Below are positions 16,767 to 24,239 of a stretch of 64,000 bases of DNA, piece after piece. The DNA is from Pseudomonadota bacterium (GTDB lineage: Bacteria; Myxococcota_A; UBA796; GCA-2862545). A model generated the notes under the pieces. That model was not told where the DNA came from, did not search any database, and saw only the letters and a list, made by a program, of their open reading frames with translations. A program made the position numbers and the translations under genes. The number at the start of each line of letters is the position of its first letter. Position 1 is the stretch's first letter. The DNA is taken from NCBI GenBank assembly GCA_005776945.1, contig SXOB01000072.1, positions 25,337 through 89,336 of the forward strand, given 5' to 3'.

Positions 16767-17816
16767 GTGGTGATGTGGTGGATCCTCGTGGCGATGGCTC
16801 GGGCCGAGGACGTCATCCTGTGGCGCGTTGAGGACTTCGGCGAAGGCGTCATGGACGGCCGCGACGGCTGGGAGGCCGGCTACGGCGCGGATCCCTGGTG
16901 GGGCGAAGCCGGCCGCGCGTTCTCGCTTACCGACGACGGCGTGCTCGACAGCGATGGCGAGGGTTGGGGAAGCGGCTGGGCGGCCGACAACTGGCTGCTG
17001 CAGGAGGGTGCGTTCACCGACGGCGCCGTCGAGGGCGACTACGGCACGGAAGACGACGACAGTATCGGCCTTGTGCTCGGCCATGACGGCGAAGCCACGT
17101 TCTACCTCGCCTACGCCTGCCAAGGCGCCGCGCCACCGCCGTTGACGGAGTCGTCCTACGACGACGAAGTGCAGGGCGTCATCCTGATGCGCGTCGACGC
17201 GGGCGTCGCCGAAGTGATCGGGCAAGCGGACGGCGACATCCCTGGGGAGGCACACACGTTGCGCTTGGAGCGGGACGATGGCGTCCTGCGCGTGCTCCTC
17301 GATGGCGTCGAGCGCCTCGTCTACGAGGACCCCTCGCCTCTTCCCCGCGGCCGCTCTGGCCTCTACGCGTACAATGCTGGCGAAGGAGATGATTCGAGCA
17401 CGTGGTTCGACGCCGCGGGGGCCGCCCAGTTCGACGGCGACGCCGACGGCGTCGTCGACGACGACGACAACTGCGAGACCGTCGCGAATCCCAACCAGCC
17501 CGACGCCGACGCAGACGGCGTTGGCGACGCGTGTGACCCCGATGCGCCCGGTGGCGGAACTGGTGGCGGAACTGGCGGCGGAACGACGACGGGCGGCGGG
17601 CCTACCGGTGGCGGCGGCGGCGGCGGCGGCAGTAGCGGAACGACGCCCGGCGGCGACCTGGCTGACCCGTTCGCGGACGAGAAGATCGTCGTCGGTGGCT
17701 GTACCTGCAACGGCGCGCCGAACGGCGGCGCGGGACCGTGGCTCGGCCTCGCGGCGCTGGCGTGGCTACGCCGTCAGCGGCGTAGCGAGTCGGCGAGCCG
17801 ACCGACCCGGTCGTGA
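16767..17816 (+). CDS. Secreted LamG-like / thrombospondin-type-3-repeat protein with a MYXO-CTERM sorting tail
   Basis: Signal peptide MVMWWILVAMARA. Calcium-binding TSP3 repeats: DGDADGVVDDDDNCETVANPNQPDADADGVGDACD. Gly-rich spacer. C-terminus GGCTCNGAPNGGAGPWLGLAALAWLRRQRR gives the MYXO-CTERM pattern (Cys motif, TM helix, Arg cluster). Confidence 0.85.
   Translation: MVMWWILVAMARAEDVILWRVEDFGEGVMDGRDGWEAGYGADPWWGEAGRAFSLTDDGVLDSDGEGWGSGWAADNWLLQEGAFTDGAVEGDYGTEDDDSIGLVLGHDGEATFYLAYACQGAAPPPLTESSYDDEVQGVILMRVDAGVAEVIGQADGDIPGEAHTLRLERDDGVLRVLLDGVERLVYEDPSPLPRGRSGLYAYNAGEGDDSSTWFDAAGAAQFDGDADGVVDDDDNCETVANPNQPDADADGVGDACDPDAPGGGTGGGTGGGTTTGGGPTGGGGGGGGSSGTTPGGDLADPFADEKIVVGGCTCNGAPNGGAGPWLGLAALAWLRRQRRSESASRPTRS
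17550..17632 (+). repeat. In-frame Gly-rich tandem repeat (GGTGGCGGAACT x3, then a GGC run)
   Basis: Read directly: ggtggcggaactggtggcggaactggcggcggaacg...ggcggcggcggcggcggcggc. It encodes GGTGGGTGGGTTTGGGPTGGGGGGGG. Confidence 0.8.
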
Positions 17817-18592
17817 ATGGCTGACGTGAAGGACGCGCCATCGCGCCCGCTGCGGGGGTAGAGCGCGTCGCGGCTGACGTTGGCGAGGATGCCGAGCCCG
17901 TCGGCGTCCAGGGCGGCGCGAACGTCTTCGGGGCGACCGCCTTGGGCCCCGAGCCCCGGGACTAGCAACCAGGTCCGAGGCATCGCGCGTCGCCAGTGCA
18001 GGAGTTCGGCGCCGAGGGTGGCCCCGACCACGGCGCCGACGTCGCCATACCCGGGGGCACCGGCGTTCCGGTCGGCGACCCACTTGGCGACGGCGGCGGA
18101 CGGCCCGGCGCCCGATGACCCTTGCCAGGTGTCTGCGCCGGGATTCGAGGTGCGGACGAGGACGAAGACGCCTTGGCCCTCGCGCCCGAGGAAGGGCGCG
18201 AGCGACTCAGGGCCGAGCCAGGGCGAGAGCGTGAGCGCGTCGGCGGGGGTGTCGCCGCCGAGGTGAGCGGTCGCGTAGGCGGTGGCGGTGGAGCCGATGT
18301 CGCCGCGTTTGGCGTCGAGGACGACGAGCAGGCCCGCGGAACGGGCGGACGCGATGACGCGTTCGAGGGCGGCGACGCCGCGATGGCCGTAGGCCTCGAA
18401 GAAGGCGCTTTGGGGTTTGACGGCGGCGACCTGCCCGGCGACGGCGGCGACGACACCGCGGCAGAACGTCTCCAGGCCCTGGACGCCGTCCAATCCGTCG
18501 GGCCAACGGTCGGCGATGGGGTCGATGCCGACACATAGGGGGTGTCCGACGGCGCGGACGGCAGCGGCGAGGCGTTCCCCAAATGGCAGCAT
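17774..18592 (-). CDS. pyrF: Orotidine-5'-phosphate decarboxylase, type 2
   Basis: LCVGIDP, AVKPQSAFFE, VVLDAKRGDIGSTA, VLVRTSNPG and LVPGLGAQGG blocks. Its 3' end overlaps the convergent MYXO-CTERM gene by 43 nt. Confidence 0.9.
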   Translation of the reverse strand: MLPFGERLAAAVRAVGHPLCVGIDPIADRWPDGLDGVQGLETFCRGVVAAVAGQVAAVKPQSAFFEAYGHRGVAALERVIASARSAGLLVVLDAKRGDIGSTATAYATAHLGGDTPADALTLSPWLGPESLAPFLGREGQGVFVLVRTSNPGADTWQGSSGAGPSAAVAKWVADRNAGAPGYGDVGAVVGATLGAELLHWRRAMPRTWLLVPGLGAQGGRPEDVRAALDADGLGILANVSRDALYPRSGRDGASFTSAIHDRVGRLADSLRR

Positions 18593-18636
18593 GCGCGCTC
18601 CCGGAGGGCGCCGCTAACGGGCTACCAGGGGCGTAC

Positions 18637-18710
18637 GCTCCCGTAGCTCAGTTGGAAAGAGCAACGGCCGTCTAAGCCGTGGGTCGCGCGTTCGATTCGC
18701 GCCGGGGGCG
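18637..18710 (+). tRNA. tRNA-Arg(UCU)-like gene with an atypical G at position 33
   Basis: Cloverleaf: GCTCCCG-TA-GCTC-AGTTGGAAA-GAGC-A-ACGGC-CGTCTAA-GCCGT-GGGTC-GCGCG-TTCGATT-CGCGC-CGGGGGC-G. All stems pair. Anticodon TCT at 18671-18673. Loop position 33 (18670) is G, not the near-universal T. Confidence 0.75.
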
Positions 18711-18715
18711 CTATT

Positions 18716-20181
18716 TCCGGCCGTAGACAGAACTCGCCGGATCTGGTTCACACCCGCCGCCGCACGCTCGCCCCTTCTCTGGGTTGAACGGCCGCTACGA
18801 GGAGACTCCAGGTCCGGCGCGCCCCCGCCCTCGCTGCCGGTGTACCCAGGCACCGTGTAGTCCACCGCGATGGTCTTGCCGGTCGCGGTGATGCTCCGCA
18901 CCCACGCGCCGAGGAAGGCGCGCTGCTCGTCGAGCGGGCGCGTGGTGAGCACCGAGCGCAGGCCCTCGACGTAGGCGTGGAGCTCGTCGTCGGTGAGGAC
19001 GACGGGCGCGGCCTCGGCCAGGCGAGCGTCGAGGTTCGCGAGCTCGGCGGTGAGCACATCCGTCGTGCGCTTCAGGTCGTTGATGCGATCGGCGATCGCC
19101 GCCGGGTCGATGGTGCCGAGCGCCAGCGCGTCGACCAAGCGGTTGAGCTGCTGGCGCTGCGTGCCGAGCTGGGCACGCTTGGCGTCGCGCTCCGTGGAGA
19201 GGACCGACGTGGTGCCGGCGAGCCCCTCGTTCACCTCGTCGAGCAGGCTGCGGAGGTTCGCGACCTGGAGGACGTGGGTGGACAGGTGGTCGACGACCGC
19301 GGCCTCGACCGCCTCGCGGTTCAGCAGCACCGCCGCACACTGGTCCGCGCCCGACTTCATCTTGGTCTGGCACCCGTAGTAGTGGACCTTCCCGCTCTTG
19401 GCGCCGTGGCCGATCATCGCCAGGCCGCAGTGCCCACACCGCAGCAGGCCGGAGAGCAGGTAGTCACCGCCGAGCCGTCGCGGCGACACCTTCTCGACGA
19501 CGCGCTCGGCGATCAGGCCCGCGATGCGAGCGAACGTCTCGGCGTCGACCAGGGGCTCGTGCGCGTTGGGGAGCAGCACCGCCGGGGCGCCGCTGCCGTC
19601 GTCGGCCTTCCCCCACCGCAGCTCACCCAGGTACGCGCGGTTGCGAAGGAGGTACAGCACCACGTCGTTGGTCCACTTGCGGCCTTGCGGGTGGTGATGC
19701 CCTCGCGGTTGAGCACCCGGGCGATCGTGGCCGCGCCGACTCCGCGCGCCGCCTCGGAGAAGATGCGCCGCACGAGCGGGGCCTCGGTCTCGTTGAGGAC
19801 CATGCGGGCCTCGCGCGGGCGGCCCTCGGGGCGCTGCACCTCGTCGGCCATGCGGATCACCCACCACGGCCTGGCGGTCAGTCGGTCGCGCCACACTTCA
19901 GCGCCCAGCTCGGGGGCTTGGTGCTCGAAGCGCAGCCGCTGTCCAAGGGCCTGGGGCGACAGCGCCACCACGGGCCTGGTGTCCAGTGTGTCGATCAGCT
20001 CGGGGGGCCTGGCCTCGAGGTAGGCGCGCACGCTGCCAGCTCGCGCTGCAGCAGCGTCAGCGGCACTGAAGGCTCGGCCCTCGTCGGCGGCGCGCTTGGC
20101 CTGGCTGGCCACCTCGAGCACCACGTGGCGGCCCAGGCCTGCGCCCTTGTCGCCACGGGTCGGGCGCACCAGTTCGCCCAC
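18716..20181 (-). pseudogene. Large serine recombinase pseudogene, covering the recombinase domain, zinc ribbon and coiled-coil
   Basis: Two overlapping track ORFs (19513..20181 and 18614..19894) join as ..LVRRIFSEAARGVGAATIARVLNREGITTRK/GRKWTNDVVLYLLRNRAYLGELRWGK.. if one base is restored near 19681-19690. Zn ribbon: LLRCGHCG..YYGCQ..QC. The ORF has no stop before the tRNA. Confidence 0.75.
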
Positions 20182-20313
20182 CTCGTCGTCGGTGTACCCC
20201 TGCCCCCGCAGCCAGGCCGACCAGGCGCCGGCTGGTGGGACCGTGCTTGCTCGGGCGAGCTGATCGGGCAGCTTGTCCGGGGGTCCAGGTGCGGGCCTCG
20301 GGCGGGCGGGGGA

Positions 20314-20640
20314 TCACTTGGCGGCCTGCACGGGCAGGCCCACAGTCTCGCCCCACAGCACTACCACACCGACAGCGCCACCCAGGCCCAGCAGCCCACT
20401 GCACAGGTTGGCCATGCTGGTGGCTGGCAGGGTCACCTCGTCGCCACCGTCGCGCACCATGGGGTCGTCGTCGTCCAGGGCCAGCTGGCGAGGCCGGGCC
20501 AGGTGCTCGAGCACCTGCTGGCGAATGGCCAGCGTCAGCCCCTGGCCCTCCCAGCGCCAGGGCTTGCCCAGGCCGTCGGCCACCAGGTCGGTGCGGGTTT
20601 CGGGGTGGTGTACCAAGTGCATGGGGACACGGATCGGCAT
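20314..20640 (-). CDS. 108-aa ORF of unknown function inside the recombinase remnant; may itself be a gene fragment
   Basis: Good GC3 and CTG-rich codon usage (MPIRVPMHLVHHPETRTDLVADGLGKPWRWEGQGLTLAIRQQVLEHLARPRQ..). It is in the same frame as the downstream recombinase ORF and is separated from it only by the TGA at 20314-20316. Confidence 0.35.
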   Translation of the reverse strand: MPIRVPMHLVHHPETRTDLVADGLGKPWRWEGQGLTLAIRQQVLEHLARPRQLALDDDDPMVRDGGDEVTLPATSMANLCSGLLGLGGAVGVVVLWGETVGLPVQAAK

Positions 20641-20656
20641 TGACAGCCTCGGTGGT

Positions 20657-20869
20657 CTACAGGGCGAGGTTCTCGCTGTAGTACTCGTCCATCACCTCGA
20701 TGAACCCCTCCATGAGGCGGCCCTGCGCGGTGTCGTCGACGCGCTCGTGCAGCGAGGTGACCGTGACGCCGCGCTTGCGGAGGAGGCAGTCGGACGTGTC
20801 CGTCGGTGGTCCAAGGTTCTCGCCCCAGAAGGCGCTCTCAAGCTCGATGATCTGGTCCACGGTCAGCAT
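20657..20869 (-). pseudogene. Fragment of a serine-recombinase catalytic (resolvase) domain, C-terminal half only
   Basis: ..LLRKRGVTVTSLHERVDDTAQGRLMEGFIEVMDEYYSENLAL* matches the end of the resolvase domain (G.RL....I..a.aEyyS.NL). The N-terminal half with the nucleophile Ser is missing, because the addA stop lies only 77 nt away. Confidence 0.65.
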
Positions 20870-20945
20870 GCACGCTCCTGCGACGTTCCCGAAGAGTCTC
20901 GATCAGGATCCGGATACCACGGCCGACGACCGGCTCGGGATGGTG

Positions 20946-23900
20946 TCAACATGTGGGTACCGCCAGACGCACCATCTCACCCCGGACGGGCAGGTGGACC
21001 CACACCTCCCGAACCTCCTCACCGGTGGCTGCCTCCACCGCATCCGCGTAGGCGCCGAGCTGGCCCGCATAGTCGCGCAGACGCTCGTCGCGTCTCACCT
21101 CGTCGCCTGGGAAGGTCTTGTGGTCGATCACGATCCAGCCCCCGTCGGGGTGCGCGATCAGCAGATCGATCTCGCCACGCACGACCCGACCGTCGGCCCG
21201 AAGGTGCACGACTGGCCACTCTCGTAGTGCCCTCGAACCGGGTGCGCGGCGAGCGAGCCATCCAGCGAGGGCATCCGCCATGTCGACCAGGCGCGCAGCA
21301 TCCGCTGTCGCGCTGAGACCCTGGGCGTCCAGCTGGAGGCGGGCGAGCACGACCCGCTCTGAGCGATCGACGTCGGCTCCAGGATCCGCGGCCAGGAACG
21401 CATGCACCGCGTCGCCGAGCGCCGCGTACCGGTCGTCCGCCACCCGAATCTGGACCCGCTCGGCGATGCGCTCGACCTGCTCTACCCGAACCGCCGCGCG
21501 AGACACCTCGTCAAGGACCATGGAGGAAGGCGTCAAGCGCTGGTCCGCGCGCGCAGACACCTCAGGGGCCGGTTCGAACCAGCGCGGGCGCGGCGGCGCG
21601 ACGACATCGTCCGGCGCCTCGTCGACGACCGCCCGAACGGTGCTCAGCCACGAGCCCGCCGCACCGTGGACGGTCACGGGCGCGGCATCATCACCGAGCG
21701 CACCCCACGGCAGTTGAAGGAGTGCGACGCCATCCTCGCCCTCCAGACGGTCCAGCATGCTCGTCTTGCCCCCCTTCTGCTCGTCCGCCAGCGCTGCGAG
21801 CACGAGGTGATCCCGCGCCCGGGTGAAGGCCACGTAGACCAGCCGGCGCTCCTCGGCTCGCAGCCCAGCCTCGATCGCAGTGAAGGCGTCGGAACGCATC
21901 GCTCGCTCGGTCAGTGCCATCTCGTTGGCCTGGAGCTCGTACGGGTTCGGCCACCAGCGGAGGGTCCGGTCGGCCAGCGGCTGCGTCGCGTCGAACGCAT
22001 CGGCGGGTCGAACACGCAGCTCCCAGGGGTCGAGCCGGAGATCGTCATCCAGGGTCGTGAGGACGACGACGGGCCACTCGAGACCCTTGGCCTTGTGCCA
22101 GGTCACGACGCTCACGGCATCGCCATCCGAGGCAATACCCTGGGAGACGTCCTTCGAGAGGTCCTCGACGTGGCGGACCAGACCAGCGACGGTGGCTCCC
22201 ACCCGCCGGGCAGCGCAGGTCTGCTCGTAGTCGCGTGCCACGCCGCGCAAGGCTTCGAGGTTCGACAACGACCGCTCCGGGTCGGGCCAACCCAGCGCGA
22301 GCGTCGGAGCGTCCGTCGCACCGAACACCGCGTCGACGGCCTCCAGCGGCGAGAGCGCCCAGGCTCTGGATGCCAGAGCGCGCAGCCTCGCCACGCGCAC
22401 ATCATCACCAAGGTCCTCGCCGCCTGCAGCCGAGGCCGCGATGCGGGCTGCAAGCCACGCGTCGGGGCTCTCGCCATAGGCGCCGCCGATCCACGCGACT
22501 TCGGCCGCTGCCAGACGATCACGAGGGTCGACCAAAAGCGCAAGACCGGCCCGCAGCAGCCAGGTGAGCGGCTCCTGGTTCAGCCCGTCGAGCTGAACCC
22601 GTGTGGAGAGACCGACGCTGCGCAGAGCCTCCGCGACCTCCCGACAGTCCTGGTTGCGGCGCGCAAGGATCGCGATGTCGCCGGGTCGAACGGGGCGGAC
22701 TGGCGATGGCGCGGTCGGGTCGTCTGTGTGGTCACGGACCAGTGCGCCCTCGTCCAGCAAGTCCCGGACTCCGCGCGCCACGGCGAGCGCCCACAGGAGG
22801 GCTCCCTCCGCGCCCTGGGCCTTCTGCAGGCGCCACAGGTGCAGCGCCGCCCTACCTTCAAGGTCGGGAGGCTCGGGACAGGCCGCTGCGACGCGGACCT
22901 CCTCGGGGGGGACGCCGTCCCGCAGCAGAGCCCGTGCGAAGAGCGTGGAACAGAAGTCGACCAGTGGAGGACGGCTACGGAAGTTGCGCCCGAGGACGTC
23001 GACGGGTCGCCCCTCCGTGACGGCGGCTGCAGCCTGCGCCATCAACTGAGGGTCCGAGCCCTGGAAGCCAAAGATCGCCTGCTTCCGGTCTCCCACCCAG
23101 ATGCTTCGAGACGCCACGCTGCACAGGCCGAGGATCGCAGCGAGCTGCACAGGTGAGGTGTCCTGGAACTCATCCACAAGCACCAGGTCGAAGCGCCCGG
23201 CGAGGTGCTCTCGAACCGTTTCGCCGCCCAGGAGGTTCGCGGCAAACGCGAGCATGTCCTCGAAGTCCAACAGGCGCTCGGACGCCTTGACCTGCACGAA
23301 CGAGTCGGCCACGCGGCCAGCTGCGTGAACGACCGTTCGCAGGGCGCGACCCAGGTCATCATGGAGCTTGGGGTGGCCGAGGTGCGTAGCCAACGTCACG
23401 CCGAGCGGACCGAGGATCCCGTCGAATCCCTTCGGCCCCCAGGGGTCCTTGCGCTTCGCCAGGACCGCGAGGTCGCGCCAGCGAAGGACTTCTCCCCGTC
23501 GCACCGCGTCCGCCCACGCCTTCACCTGCCGATGGCGCTTTTCGTCCGTCCCGACCCTCTTGCCCCGCTGTCGGTTCTTCTCAAGGGCGGCCTCGACCAT
23601 GGCTTCGAGGTCGACCACCGCCTGAGCGACCGCACCATCGAACACGGTGGCATCCACCGTCGGGTCGTCGAGGAGCGCCAGCACCTCGTCCCATGAGTTC
23701 GCAAGCGAGGTGTCAAGTGCGCCACCATCCATGCGGTTCTCGACGACCTGCCGGACAGCACGCCCAAGCACGTCCCTCCACGACGCAGCGGCGCGACCGG
23801 GCCGGGAACCGACACTGTCCCGCCGCGTCTCCATCCCGAGTGCACGGGTGGCGACGTCCAACTCCCCGATCTCGGCACCCAGCGCCTGGTCCACCGCAGC

Positions 23901-24239
23901 CCGGTAGAGCGTCTGCTTCAACGCTTCCGGGGCCGGCACGAGGTGAGGCGACAGCCCCACGTCGAACGCGAGCTCACGAATCAGTCTCTGGCAGATCGCG
24001 TGGACGGTGCCGAGGTACCCGTCTCGAATGCGGGCCGCCTTCTCGACCTCTCCGGCCTTGAGGAGGTTCTCACGAAGTCGTCTGGCGAGCTCAGCCGCCG
24101 CCCTGTTGGTGTAGGTGATCGCGACGATGGCCTCGGGACGAGCGCGGCCATCCAGGACCGCGTCGGCCATCTCCTTCGCGAGCCGGTAGGTCTTGCCGGT
24201 GCCAGCACTGGCGGAGACCACCTCGATGCGTGCGCTCAT
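20946..24239 (-). CDS. addA: AddA/RecB-type UvrD-family helicase with a C-terminal PD-(D/E)XK nuclease
   Basis: Helicase motifs: SASAGTGKT, TVHAICQR, LVDEFQDTS, VGDRKQAIFGFQGS, NFRSR, TWHKAKGLEWP, YVAFTRAR. Nuclease motifs: GEIDLLIAH..WIVIDHKT..QLGAY. The ATG overlaps the addB stop (ATGA). Confidence 0.85.
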   Translation of the reverse strand: MSARIEVVSASAGTGKTYRLAKEMADAVLDGRARPEAIVAITYTNRAAAELARRLRENLLKAGEVEKAARIRDGYLGTVHAICQRLIRELAFDVGLSPHLVPAPEALKQTLYRAAVDQALGAEIGELDVATRALGMETRRDSVGSRPGRAAASWRDVLGRAVRQVVENRMDGGALDTSLANSWDEVLALLDDPTVDATVFDGAVAQAVVDLEAMVEAALEKNRQRGKRVGTDEKRHRQVKAWADAVRRGEVLRWRDLAVLAKRKDPWGPKGFDGILGPLGVTLATHLGHPKLHDDLGRALRTVVHAAGRVADSFVQVKASERLLDFEDMLAFAANLLGGETVREHLAGRFDLVLVDEFQDTSPVQLAAILGLCSVASRSIWVGDRKQAIFGFQGSDPQLMAQAAAAVTEGRPVDVLGRNFRSRPPLVDFCSTLFARALLRDGVPPEEVRVAAACPEPPDLEGRAALHLWRLQKAQGAEGALLWALAVARGVRDLLDEGALVRDHTDDPTAPSPVRPVRPGDIAILARRNQDCREVAEALRSVGLSTRVQLDGLNQEPLTWLLRAGLALLVDPRDRLAAAEVAWIGGAYGESPDAWLAARIAASAAGGEDLGDDVRVARLRALASRAWALSPLEAVDAVFGATDAPTLALGWPDPERSLSNLEALRGVARDYEQTCAARRVGATVAGLVRHVEDLSKDVSQGIASDGDAVSVVTWHKAKGLEWPVVVLTTLDDDLRLDPWELRVRPADAFDATQPLADRTLRWWPNPYELQANEMALTERAMRSDAFTAIEAGLRAEERRLVYVAFTRARDHLVLAALADEQKGGKTSMLDRLEGEDGVALLQLPWGALGDDAAPVTVHGAAGSWLSTVRAVVDEAPDDVVAPPRPRWFEPAPEVSARADQRLTPSSMVLDEVSRAAVRVEQVERIAERVQIRVADDRYAALGDAVHAFLAADPGADVDRSERVVLARLQLDAQGLSATADAARLVDMADALAGWLARRAPGSRALREWPVVHLRADGRVVRGEIDLLIAHPDGGWIVIDHKTFPGDEVRRDERLRDYAGQLGAYADAVEAATGEEVREVWVHLPVRGEMVRLAVPTC

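Larger units (their letters stand above)
18711..20945 (-). mobile_element. Remnant of an integrated element next to tRNA-Arg; only decayed serine-recombinase sequence is left
   Basis: The recombinase-derived ORFs start immediately 3' of the tRNA and are broken by a frameshift, an in-frame stop and an N-terminal truncation. There is no cargo or second att site that I can see. Confidence 0.6.
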
